A stretch of DNA of 54,681 nucleotides from a virus (IMGVR_UViG_3300012890_000002:1-54681), one strand, 5' to 3'. Shown: positions 46,335-54,336, counted from the first letter of the stretch. The notes: generated by a model not told the origin, from the letters alone. Numbers and translations are program-made.

Positions 46335-46362
46335 GAGAGGCCAGCGGGAATGCTGGCCTCTC
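46335..46362. terminator. Stem-loop after the par operon
   Basis: GAGAGGCCAGC-gggaat-GCTGGCCTCTC. Confidence 0.6.
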
Positions 46363-46464
46363 CCCATTTCCCCTGTCTAAAAACAATTAGCGGGTATAAA
46401 TAGAATTCGCTGCCTGTCATTTGCAATAGCCACCGCTCAAGTGTGGGTGTACCCTGAGAAGCAT

Positions 46465-46632
46465 ATGAAAAAACTCACACTCGGATTCATGGCCGTCTTC
46501 ATGCTCTCTGTCCTGTCAGGTTGCGGTCTCTTCGGTGGCGGCGGCTTCGGCGGTTCCACCTGTGCCGATGGCTGGGCCTCGACAAGCACCGGATCAGGCA
46601 CCTGCTCTCACCACGGCGGCATCAGAAAGTAG
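46465..46632 (+). CDS. Small lipoprotein with DUF3761-like Cys/His module
   Basis: MKK...LSG-C lipobox; Gly-rich linker; CADG...S...GTCSHHGG. Confidence 0.8.
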   Translation: MKKLTLGFMAVFMLSVLSGCGLFGGGGFGGSTCADGWASTSTGSGTCSHHGGIRK

Positions 46633-46635
46633 GAT

Positions 46636-46734
46636 TCAGCTAGCTGGAAATAGAGGAGTGCCGCGCTTCGCTCTACGGGTCGCTTCGGCGTTCCGGGCGT
46701 GATGCTGCGCGTCGTAGGTCAGGTGGCACCGCTG
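46636..46734 (-). pseudogene. Orphaned original 3' end of the HNH gene at 47438-47830
   Basis: Encodes QRCHLTYDAQHHARNAEATRRAKRGTPLFPAS*, paralogous to NRCHLTYDAQHHAKNAAITRRQRK in the HNH gene; GC-rich codons. Confidence 0.8.
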
Positions 46735-46758
46735 GCTATATGCTTGTATAATAGACAT

Positions 46759-47547
46759 ATGTCCACGCCACGTATCCCAGATGGTGCACCAATGAGCAAG
46801 CGTACTGAATACCGCCGTAAAGCTGCTGCTGGACTTACACAGCCTGTTTTTCGATACCCGTTCAATGAGCACTTTTTTGATACCTTGACCCCTGAAGCTG
46901 CATGGCTCTTGGGCCTGATATGGAGTGACGGGAACCTTTCCCGCAACACGATTGAAGTTGTATCGAAAGACCGTGAACTCATGGAGACTGTTGCAGAGCT
47001 GATCGCACAGCCGAACGGGGTTCGTGCGAAGAATAATGGGAAGGCGTGGCGCGTCGTATTCAGTTCCCCGCACATGGCAGGTATTTTGAAGGGATACGGA
47101 TTGACCCCAAATAAAAGTTTGAATGTGCCGTGGCCCGTGTTGCCCGATGCCATGTATGGCCCCTTCGTACGCGGTCTGATTGACGGTGACGGGAGCGTTC
47201 TTCTTCAACAGAAGCGAAGTGGTCAACAAGCGCCCGATCTTATGGTTAGTGTGGTCGGTGCGTCTCAAGAGGCCATGTATGGCTTGAAAGGCTGGCTTGA
47301 ACAGCATGGGATTACATTCTCTTGGAACATCAGGCAAACGGGTTGGAATGTAGTCAATCCAGTTTATAGAGTGGCAATCACTGGGCAGGAAAGTCTTAGA
47401 AGGCTTTACGAGATTGTGTATGACGGAGGGCCGTGCCTCAATCGGAAGCATGAGCCTTACCTCCTCTGGATGAATACGCCTCGTGTTCGTCCGGGACGGC
47501 CAAAAGCTCTTGCGCTCCCGCATCCAATTTCCGTTGACGCCGAGTGA
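46759..47547 (+). CDS. LAGLIDADG homing endonuclease (two motifs)
   Basis: AWLLGLIWSDG and PFVRGLIDGDG motifs; PNKS; LNRK; low GC; TATAAT 6 nt before ATG 46759. Confidence 0.9.
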   Translation: MSTPRIPDGAPMSKRTEYRRKAAAGLTQPVFRYPFNEHFFDTLTPEAAWLLGLIWSDGNLSRNTIEVVSKDRELMETVAELIAQPNGVRAKNNGKAWRVVFSSPHMAGILKGYGLTPNKSLNVPWPVLPDAMYGPFVRGLIDGDGSVLLQQKRSGQQAPDLMVSVVGASQEAMYGLKGWLEQHGITFSWNIRQTGWNVVNPVYRVAITGQESLRRLYEIVYDGGPCLNRKHEPYLLWMNTPRVRPGRPKALALPHPISVDAE

Positions 47548-47830
47548 TAGCAGCGTTCTTGGCGTGATGCTGGGCATCGTAAGTTAAATGGCAACGATTG
47601 CACCACGCCTTGAGGTTGGCAGGAGCACAGTTGGCCGGGTCATGGTCGAGGTGGGCGACGGTCAGTATCACGCGGCTCTGCGTGGCCGGGTGCGGCTCTC
47701 CGTTCGCCACTCGGCATTCCGGATAGGCCGGGCTGCCCTCGCAGCAGTTCCCAGCCCGATCACGGGCGGCGAGGCTGATGGCCTTCCAGTCTTTCGGGTA
47801 CAGCGCTTTGTTCTCAGGCTTGATCGGCAT
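47438..47830 (-). CDS. HNH-like nuclease with a replaced C-terminus
   Basis: PIKPENKALYPKDWKAIS...VILTVAHLDHDPANC...NLKAWCNRCHLTYD. Confidence 0.85.
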   Translation of the reverse strand: MPIKPENKALYPKDWKAISLAARDRAGNCCEGSPAYPECRVANGEPHPATQSRVILTVAHLDHDPANCAPANLKAWCNRCHLTYDAQHHAKNAAITRRQRKLDAGAQELLAVPDEHEAYSSRGGKAHASD

Positions 47831-48039
47831 CAGCGGCCCGCCTCCGCGCTCTGGGCTGCGGCAGGGGCCAGGGCAGCGAGGACCACTGTCAGGCGCTTCT
47901 GGCACAGCTCGGCATAGTAGGTGCCAGGGTACTGGTCAAGAATCCGCTGGCACTGGTCACGATCAATCAGCAGCTCCTGCTCATCCCAGCCGCTCACGTC
48001 GGGAGCCGCGAACAGCGCCTTCATCTCGCGCACCTTCAC
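47830..48039 (-). CDS. Hypothetical protein
   Basis: GGAGG RBS; coupled overlaps. Confidence 0.6.
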   Translation of the reverse strand: MKVREMKALFAAPDVSGWDEQELLIDRDQCQRILDQYPGTYYAELCQKRLTVVLAALAPAAAQSAEAGR

Positions 48040-48488
48040 GGTCGCACCTCCCCGGCTTCGGCGGCCAGAACAGCGCGGGCCTTGGCTAGAGAAGCCCGGC
48101 GGTGGGCCAGCGTGTCGTGCTCCTTTAGCGTGCGCCTCAGGCCTTCTTTGACCATATTGAGTGCCACTTCCACACGCCAAGCTGGCCCAACTGACATCTG
48201 CCCTGACCGCATATCCATCAGTTCGGCCTCAGCCTCTCTCAGTTCCTCGACCAACGCCAAAGCCGGGGCCGGGGCGGCAGGCTGCTGAGCGAGGAGGCGG
48301 AGGCGATCACGCAGGGCCTGCACAGTCTCGCTCTCCTGCATCTTGGCCTGTGCAATACCAGGGTTCTTGATCGTCGTGCCCTGCATGTGGAGGGTCGAGA
48401 CGTAGCACTCCAGGGCGATGCCAACCTGTCTCAGCACCTCAGCGTCAGACAATGCCGGGGCGGGCGCGGGGGGCCGGGCGGGGTTCAT
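48036..48488 (-). CDS. Hypothetical protein
   Basis: ATGA overlap; helical composition. Confidence 0.6.
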   Translation of the reverse strand: MNPARPPAPAPALSDAEVLRQVGIALECYVSTLHMQGTTIKNPGIAQAKMQESETVQALRDRLRLLAQQPAAPAPALALVEELREAEAELMDMRSGQMSVGPAWRVEVALNMVKEGLRRTLKEHDTLAHRRASLAKARAVLAAEAGEVRP

Positions 48489-48784
48489 GACGTGGCCTCG
48501 GTCAGCTTGTCGGCCAGCTCAACGAGATGCCGGGCAACCTCAAACGCCATGTCCTCAATCTCCTGCTGTAACTCAAGCCGCCGCTCCGAAGCAGCCTCGA
48601 AGGCCGGGCGTAGGGGCTCGCCTGCGTCGTGGACCGCCTGTGGGTCTAGAAACTGTCCCTTCGCGTTCGTTGGCGCGTTCTGAGAGGCGCCTAGGACCGC
48701 TTCTAGGGCCTGTTCCTCTGCTTGCTCGGCTGCGTCAAAATCTACCAACAGCTGACGAACACTCTCTACAAGACCTTTGCTCAT
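48485..48784 (-). CDS. Hypothetical protein
   Basis: AGGAGG RBS. Confidence 0.65.
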   Translation of the reverse strand: MSKGLVESVRQLLVDFDAAEQAEEQALEAVLGASQNAPTNAKGQFLDPQAVHDAGEPLRPAFEAASERRLELQQEIEDMAFEVARHLVELADKLTEATS

Positions 48785-48850
48785 TTCAACCCTCCTGTGC
48801 GCGTGCTGGCGCTCCTGCTCTGGCTGCGGCCGGGGCTTGGACGGGGTGGG

Positions 48851-49609
48851 TCACTGAGTCGGCCACAGGCTGGCCTGAGCAACCTGACGCAGCGCGCGCC
48901 CGGTGCCCAGCGCCTCTCCGAAGGCCTGGGCCATAAACGGCGGGACGCCATTCCCGATGGCCTGATAAAGGTTGTTGCGCCAGGCGGTTGCCGTCCACCC
49001 GGCCGGCACGGCGCGCCAGGCGTGGGGAATCTCGAAGCCCATCCGGTAAGCGCATTCATCCACCGTGAGTTTCCGCCCGTAGAATCGACTGGCCCGCCGG
49101 GTATCGCCCGCTGACCCCTTGTACTCGCTGGCGAGAATGGCCGGGCAGACACCGGGGTAGTCCCACTGGAATGGCCGGAAGACGGCAGGCTCCGGGTAAC
49201 GGCCGCCGATAATACGACGGCGCTGCTGGCGGGGTTCCTGCTCAAACTGGGCGGCATTGAATGGAATGCCCCAGGTCGGGAATCGGCCATTGGGGGCAAC
49301 GTTCTCGACCCAGAGGACGGGGTGCGGCAGGGCCAGCGCCCAGTCCAGCAGGTCGGTAGCGTAGCCGCTGGTCGGCGCGCCCTGGGTGCGGGCGGCGCTG
49401 TGAATCTGGCACGGCGGGCTGGCCCACACCGCGTCGTATCCACTGAGGTCAACGTCCCGCACATCCGCCAGCACGCTGTTCCCACTTCCCACATGCAGGC
49501 TTAGGGTGTGCTTGGAAGGGTCGAGTTCGTATCCGGTGCAGGTATGTCCAGCCTGCTCCAGACCAAGACGCGCAAGGCCGGCACCATCAAACAGCACGGC
49601 GACCTTCAT
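48851..49609 (-). CDS. DNA cytosine-5 methyltransferase
   Basis: LFDGAG (motif I), ASPPCQ (IV), VENV (VI), Q.R.R (VIII), AIGNGVP (X). Confidence 0.92.
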   Translation of the reverse strand: MKVAVLFDGAGLARLGLEQAGHTCTGYELDPSKHTLSLHVGSGNSVLADVRDVDLSGYDAVWASPPCQIHSAARTQGAPTSGYATDLLDWALALPHPVLWVENVAPNGRFPTWGIPFNAAQFEQEPRQQRRRIIGGRYPEPAVFRPFQWDYPGVCPAILASEYKGSAGDTRRASRFYGRKLTVDECAYRMGFEIPHAWRAVPAGWTATAWRNNLYQAIGNGVPPFMAQAFGEALGTGRALRQVAQASLWPTQ

Positions 49610-49839
49610 CCTTCCCTCCCAGCTCCGGCCCCAGCCAGGGCGGGCAGGAGGCCCAGGGCACGGGCCTGGAGGACGGCGTGATGGCGGTCATGTGCGGCCA
49701 GCTTGAGGTACAGGCGGCCGAGGTGGTCCTTCACCGTGTCTGGGGAGATGCTCAGCCGTCTGGCGATCTCCTTGTTGCTCAGGCGGTCGGCCAGGAGCAG
49801 GAGGATGTCAGACTCGCGCGGGGTGAGGGCGGGTGGCAT
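49606..49839 (-). CDS. Stand-alone LuxR/GerE-type HTH regulator
   Basis: LTPRE.DIL.LLA...SNKEIARRLSISPDTVKDHL..LY.KL. Confidence 0.9.
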   Translation of the reverse strand: MPPALTPRESDILLLLADRLSNKEIARRLSISPDTVKDHLGRLYLKLAAHDRHHAVLQARALGLLPALAGAGAGREG

Positions 49840-50036
49840 TATCTGGCCTCCACTGGCGTGCCGATGTACCACCGGGTCGAGTCGGCGATCAGCAGCCGGC
49901 CGTCCGGGAGCGCAATCTTCCCGAGGCTCATCGCCGCAGCCTTGACCTCCGCCCGGGGCTGCTGCCGATGCCGGGCAACGGCGGCGATCAGGTCGTCTCG
50001 GCCTGTGGTGGTCAGGAGTTCCATAGCGAGGGGCAT
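49839..50036 (-). CDS. Hypothetical protein
   Basis: TGATG/TAATG coupling with neighbours. Confidence 0.55.
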   Translation of the reverse strand: MPLAMELLTTTGRDDLIAAVARHRQQPRAEVKAAAMSLGKIALPDGRLLIADSTRWYIGTPVEAR

Positions 50037-50911
50037 CAGGTCCAGCACCCCCCGTCGGTCGAACAGGCCAGCGAGTCGGGCAGATCCCCGAAGCGCACCT
50101 GATCAAGTGGCACCCCAGAGCGGTGCAGGTACACGTGCGGGTCCACCGCCTGCATGTCCCGCTCCACCTGCACGGCGGCGGCGAAGTCGGCCGGCTGCTG
50201 GGCTTTCAGTTCCAACCACTGGGCGTCGCCCCGATTCGGGCACATGTAGCAGCTTGACTTCGGGGCCTGCTTGCCGAACACCCGAAGGGATGCCGCCTGG
50301 GCGACGTCGCGCGTCATGCCCAGATCCAGAAGCGGGAATACGCTCCGTGTCCAGAGCAGCTTGCTCTTTTTCAGCCGGTCGCTCTCGTCGAGGCTGTACC
50401 CGATCCAGTTGTCTACCTGCTCGATGCCAATGCTGCGCATGTAGCGCCGCACCACCGCCGCCTTCCATTCCCCACTGCAATACGTGGAGAGCTTACCCAG
50501 GCCGTCCGCACGGGGCAGCAGGTCAGTGAACATCGGCATCAGGACCAGACCCTTCGTGCTCAGTAAGTCCACCGTGGCGAGGTCGTGGGAGGCCACCTCG
50601 ACCCGCAGGCCATGCTCGGCCAGCACCGGGGCCACCGTGCCGTTCAGCCAATCCCAGGTAGCCGTGCCCTCGCGCCCGGTGTCGGCCATCACGATGTGGT
50701 CAGGCCGGGGCAGGTGGCCTTCGATGATCAGGGCGCACAGGGCCGTGGTCTGCACGCCGCCGCCATAGTTCAGGACCTGCGTGCGGGCTGCGCCAGTCGG
50801 CTCACCGTAGAGCGACCGGGTGAGCGTGCTGTCGTAGCCGTGAGGGCCGATGTGGGGCGCGATGTCCGGGTGGAACAGGTGGAGCTGCCCGGCCAGCGTT
50901 GGAGCGCTCAC
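50036..50911 (-). CDS. PAPS-reductase-like (adenine nucleotide alpha-hydrolase) protein
   Basis: NYGGGVQT PP-loop; ADTGRE; C..EWK; WIG.S.DE; FPL; KSSCYMCP; C-terminal Cys pair. Confidence 0.82.
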   Translation of the reverse strand: MSAPTLAGQLHLFHPDIAPHIGPHGYDSTLTRSLYGEPTGAARTQVLNYGGGVQTTALCALIIEGHLPRPDHIVMADTGREGTATWDWLNGTVAPVLAEHGLRVEVASHDLATVDLLSTKGLVLMPMFTDLLPRADGLGKLSTYCSGEWKAAVVRRYMRSIGIEQVDNWIGYSLDESDRLKKSKLLWTRSVFPLLDLGMTRDVAQAASLRVFGKQAPKSSCYMCPNRGDAQWLELKAQQPADFAAAVQVERDMQAVDPHVYLHRSGVPLDQVRFGDLPDSLACSTDGGCWT

Positions 50912-51093
50912 GCCTGCCCCTGGAACTCGGCGAGCATCGCCCGCTCCTGCCCCGTCAACTCGTACGGCTTGAGCCCCCGCGCACGCTCGACCACGCACGC
51001 GCAATCGGTCGCGCCGCAATCATCACTGTCCAGGCAGAGCGGCGGCACCGGCAGGTCAGCGAGCCGGTGATCGTCCAGACCGCCCCGGCTCAC
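50908..51093 (-). CDS. Small Cys-rich protein
   Basis: C...C....C.C motif; GTGA overlaps. Confidence 0.55.
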   Translation of the reverse strand: MSRGGLDDHRLADLPVPPLCLDSDDCGATDCACVVERARGLKPYELTGQERAMLAEFQGQA

Positions 51094-51536
51094 GCCTGAA
51101 TCCCAGCGGAACGGCGGGGCCGGTCCAGGCTGACCAACACATCGAGCTTCGAGCGCAGCGCCTTGATGCCCGGCTCGTTCACCCCCAGGGTGCCCAGATA
51201 CGTCCGAAGGTCGTCATGAATCAGCGGATTGGTGAACACCGTGTCCATGCCGACGGCGACCATGAACATCGACCAGACGGTGCGGCTGTTCAGCGGGAAG
51301 GGCTTCCCCTTTCGAACCTTCTTCGCGATGCGCTGCACGGTCTCGGCATCCTCGCGAGTGATGGACTCCTCGTCCGGGAAGGCCCCCGCGCCCGCTTGTT
51401 CGAACACAAAGATGATGAACAGGGCCGCCTGGTCGAGGGCCATGAACTCGGCCTCGGCGAACTCGAACACTTTCCCGGACGGGTGAACCAGACCGACGAG
51501 GCCAGTCTGGTTCTGGTTGCGCTTCTTCTTGCCCAT
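51090..51536 (-). CDS. Hypothetical protein
   Basis: GGGAG RBS; TGATG coupling. Confidence 0.65.
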   Translation of the reverse strand: MGKKKRNQNQTGLVGLVHPSGKVFEFAEAEFMALDQAALFIIFVFEQAGAGAFPDEESITREDAETVQRIAKKVRKGKPFPLNSRTVWSMFMVAVGMDTVFTNPLIHDDLRTYLGTLGVNEPGIKALRSKLDVLVSLDRPRRSAGIQA

Positions 51537-51799
51537 CAGCTCGCTCCCTTGTAGCCGATCGCCCTGCGGTACAGCACCTGTCGCCTCGCCCGTACCCCTC
51601 TTCCAGCCCACCCTGTCGCCAGCACCAGCAGCGGCCCATGCTGGTACCTGGCGGCGCCCCACGTGGCGAGGAGGGCCGAGAGGGCCAGCGCCAGGAGGAT
51701 CGGCGCGGTGATCGGGCCATTGTTCGCGCCACCCGCCGCGCCGATGAACAGGAAGATGCCAGCCATGCAACGGGTGGAACCTCTGGATCGGGAAGTCAT
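51536..51799 (-). CDS. Small membrane protein
   Basis: 2-3 hydrophobic segments; GAGGT RBS. Confidence 0.55.
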   Translation of the reverse strand: MTSRSRGSTRCMAGIFLFIGAAGGANNGPITAPILLALALSALLATWGAARYQHGPLLVLATGWAGRGVRARRQVLYRRAIGYKGAS

Positions 51800-52218
51800 A
51801 CGTCCACCTCGGGCTGGATGCTCTGGTCGGTCAGCACGGCCTGCACAGCCTCCTGAATGGTCGGGAACCAATCCGACTCGGCCAGCCAGACGGAGCTGCT
51901 GCCGCAGTTGGTGTTGAGGCCGGCATTGAAGCCGCTGCGATGATGGCCGGAGATGCGTAACTCGACGCCCTCCTGCTGGATCAGTCGGATGATCTCCGGG
52001 TTGATCGGCGCCACCTGCGGGACCGCGTTGATCGTGCCCATGAAATCGTCGTACAGGTAGGTGCTGACGGTCTTCCCGCCTCCGCACAGCTCGCAGGCGT
52101 GCTCAATCGGGAAGCCGATCGGGTCGGGCCCGAGGCCGTGCATCTCCGGATCCTCGAACTGGTAGTCGGTCACGTGGCCCTTGCCGTCACAGGCCGGGCA
52201 GGTGTGCTGGACGCTCAC
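51796..52218 (-). CDS. DnaJ-type zinc-finger protein
   Basis: CPACDGKG and CELCGGGK repeats. Confidence 0.65.
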   Translation of the reverse strand: MSVQHTCPACDGKGHVTDYQFEDPEMHGLGPDPIGFPIEHACELCGGGKTVSTYLYDDFMGTINAVPQVAPINPEIIRLIQQEGVELRISGHHRSGFNAGLNTNCGSSSVWLAESDWFPTIQEAVQAVLTDQSIQPEVDV

Positions 52219-52427
52219 AGGTCCACCGCCTTCAGGGACGCTTCCGGGAACCACACCGGCCGCCCACCGTCCTCGAAGTCCACCTGCCACTCGTCGAGCC
52301 CTCTGCCGAAGCAGTTGCCCTCCTGGCCCAGGCGGAAGCAGTTGCCGTCCTGGTCCGGGCCGGTGATCCGCACGCGCTGGTCGTAACGGAAGGCCGAGAG
52401 GGTCATGGGCAGGGCGGAGGCGGTCAC
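52215..52427 (-). CDS. Small SH3-like hypothetical protein
   Basis: F...QRVRI...W.VDF....VWF.E..L pattern; coupled overlaps. Confidence 0.55.
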   Translation of the reverse strand: MTASALPMTLSAFRYDQRVRITGPDQDGNCFRLGQEGNCFGRGLDEWQVDFEDGGRPVWFPEASLKAVDL

Positions 52428-52831
52428 AGCGACACGCCCTGGTTGCGCTCCAGGCTCTCCAGCATCGCCACGCCCACCGCCAGCAGGTGAATCAGCTCAG
52501 TGCGCAGGCGGGGCAGGTGGGGGCTGTTGTCGATGGCGTCGACGATGCGGTCGTCCTCCACCTCGTCACCGGTCAGCTGGTGCATCAGCTTGCGGGCGTA
52601 CGCGGCGTTCTCGCAGAGTTCCTTGCCAACCTCGCCGAACTCCTCGCCGAGGATCGCGTACCACTCCAGCGGGTCGTGGTTCTGCTCGCCCCACTTCAGG
52701 TCCTGCTTGATCCGCTCGCCGGCCACCGCGCCCAGCAGGTACACCATGCGCGGGTTGACCGCCACGGTGAACGTACCCTTGAATGCCTCCTGCTCTGCGG
52801 TCTGGGCCTCGAAGTTCATCTCGTCGTTCAT
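52424..52831 (-). CDS. MazG-like nucleotide pyrophosphohydrolase
   Basis: ER..QD.KWGEQNH, W.AIL.EEFGEV and LRTELI...AV.VA..E motifs. Confidence 0.8.
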   Translation of the reverse strand: MNDEMNFEAQTAEQEAFKGTFTVAVNPRMVYLLGAVAGERIKQDLKWGEQNHDPLEWYAILGEEFGEVGKELCENAAYARKLMHQLTGDEVEDDRIVDAIDNSPHLPRLRTELIHLLAVGVAMLESLERNQGVSL

Positions 52832-53229
52832 GCCACACGCTCCTTGCTCTCGAACCACTGCACGCCGCGTTCCAGCAGGGCCTGCACGGCTTCCTTGTAG
52901 GTGTCCCAGCTGCCGACGTTGGTCACGCTGCTGTAGCCGGTGCTCTTGACGATCAGGGTGTTGGTGGCCGGGGCGATGGCGCGGTCGCTCGCCCGGCGGA
53001 TGACGATGCTGTGCTTCGAGGTCTTCGTGTTCGGGCCGCTGAAGCACATGCAGTCGGCGTAGTAGGTGTCCCGGTCGGTCGTGATGCTCGCGGCGGCGGA
53101 TTCCAGCGCCGAGCGAGGGGCGTAGAAGTCACGGGCCTGGGCCAGGGCGGCAGCGGGCGCGGGGGTGGCGGGGGTGGGGGTGGCGGTGGCGGGGTTGCGG
53201 GCGGGGATGGAGTGGGGTACGCTGTTCAT
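52828..53229 (-). CDS. First gene of the leftward early operon, hypothetical
   Basis: AAGGAG RBS immediately after the leader hairpin. Confidence 0.65.
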   Translation of the reverse strand: MNSVPHSIPARNPATATPTPATPAPAAALAQARDFYAPRSALESAAASITTDRDTYYADCMCFSGPNTKTSKHSIVIRRASDRAIAPATNTLIVKSTGYSSVTNVGSWDTYKEAVQALLERGVQWFESKERVA

Positions 53230-53239
53230 GTCTTTCTCC

Positions 53240-53279
53240 TTCAGCCCCCGCATTTGCCTTCCGAGCAGCGGGGGCTGAA
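53240..53279 (-). promoter_or_regulatory. Long leader hairpin in the PL transcript
   Basis: 12-bp perfect stem TTCAGCCCCCGC...GCGGGGGCTGAA abutting the RBS. Confidence 0.6.
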
Positions 53280-53300
53280 CCTTTGGCGAGCGCCTCCGGT

Positions 53301-53338
53301 GTTGATGAAATAATAGCGTGCTAATAAAATAATAGCAA
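53301..53338 (-). promoter_or_regulatory. PL promoter with two 17-bp operators
   Basis: TTGCTA-N17-TATTAT (minus strand); GTTGATG-AAA-TAATAGC (53301-53317) and GCTAATA-AAA-TAATAGC (53320-53336). Confidence 0.75.
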
Positions 53339-53350
53339 GTATTGGCAAGA

Positions 53351-53376
53351 GAAAACCCCCAGACAAACTGGGGGTT
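53351..53376 (-). terminator. Terminator of the repressor gene
   Basis: AACCCCCAG...CTGGGGGTT stem with a U run on the minus strand. Confidence 0.75.
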
Positions 53377-53393
53377 CAGAAATTCATATCAGA

Positions 53394-54239
53394 TCAGTGA
53401 CGGGAGACAGGCGCCTTACGATTATGAGCCCTGCGGCCACTGGAGATGTGGCCCACATACACGCCCTGAACTTCTCCAGGGTTGCTGGCTGAAAGAATGA
53501 TCGGCATGTGGTGCTTGTTGTATGACTCAAGAATGACGTGCTCACCGAGTTTCGGGCGCCAAACCTTGAGGACCCCGGTACCTTCATTTTCAAGCCAAAC
53601 TGCCACGATATCGCCCGGCTGCGGGGTCATCGTTCGATGAAATACAGCCAAGCTCCCTTCGGGAACTGCCAGTCGGGCCTCTTCGCAGGTCATGCTGTCG
53701 CCAGAAACCCTGAGCACCATCAGATCATCATCGGCGAAGTCTTCGATTGCAGCGAAGCCGGGAATGACTATAGTTTCCACCGCCCCATCGGAGTAGGCGT
53801 GTGGATTCAGTCCCGCTCCGACAACGCCCGCCATCCTGAGGTGTCGTGACTGTACAGCCTTCGGGTCGTAGTCAACTGGCTTATTGTCACCAAAAGCTAG
53901 CTGCATTTTCAGGTAGGGAAGGTATTTACCGTACACGGGAACCACAATGGCAAGAAACTTGCCCCATTCGAGACCGAAGGCCAAGTGAAGTTTGGCGAGG
54001 TTGCCACTGCTGAGAGAAAGCAGGCTGTGCGTTCCCCTCTCAATGCTGCCAAGAGTAGGGACGCTGATCTCGGCGTTCTCGGCACCCTTGGCCGTCGAGA
54101 GGCCTGCGTCCTTGCGTGCTGCACGTAGAGCAAGTCCAACACTTTCACGGGCTTCGAGATCCGGCCCGTCCTGATTAGCAACCACAAGCGCCCCAAGAGG
54201 GAGGTGGGGATGAGGATGAGCGCCACTGGAGAAGGTCAT
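53394..54239 (-). CDS. cI: CI-like repressor (XRE HTH + S24 autopeptidase)
   Basis: LRAARKDAGLS...AEISVPTLGSIERG HTH; VGAG cleavage site; VSGDSM and VLK catalytic motifs; TATGAT -10 box 7 nt before ATG 54239 (leaderless). Confidence 0.92.
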   Translation of the reverse strand: MTFSSGAHPHPHLPLGALVVANQDGPDLEARESVGLALRAARKDAGLSTAKGAENAEISVPTLGSIERGTHSLLSLSSGNLAKLHLAFGLEWGKFLAIVVPVYGKYLPYLKMQLAFGDNKPVDYDPKAVQSRHLRMAGVVGAGLNPHAYSDGAVETIVIPGFAAIEDFADDDLMVLRVSGDSMTCEEARLAVPEGSLAVFHRTMTPQPGDIVAVWLENEGTGVLKVWRPKLGEHVILESYNKHHMPIILSASNPGEVQGVYVGHISSGRRAHNRKAPVSRH

Positions 54240-54251
54240 GCATAGAATCAT

Positions 54252-54336
54252 ACTGACAAAATATTGTTAAGTCTAGTGGATGTTCATAAAAAAATATCAT
54301 TGACTCTCATCGCATGCGTGCTAATATTTTATTATG
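54252..54336. promoter_or_regulatory. OR region: PR promoter and three candidate 17-bp operators
   Basis: TTGACT (54300)-N16-TAATAT with TG extension; operator-like sites at 54252-54268, 54282-54298 and 54320-54336. Confidence 0.65.

Noticed and set aside
46735-47600. Group I intron or intein carrying the LAGLIDADG ORF
   Set aside because: The ORF is antisense to the host gene and fills almost the whole insert, leaving no room for an intron core. The host gene is restored by a duplicated tail rather than by splicing.
53150-53215. G-rich tract as a G-quadruplex or telomere-like repeat linked to the TROVE protein
   Set aside because: It is simply the reverse complement of Pro/Ala/Thr codons in the minus-strand gene; no telomerase-like reverse transcriptase is encoded.
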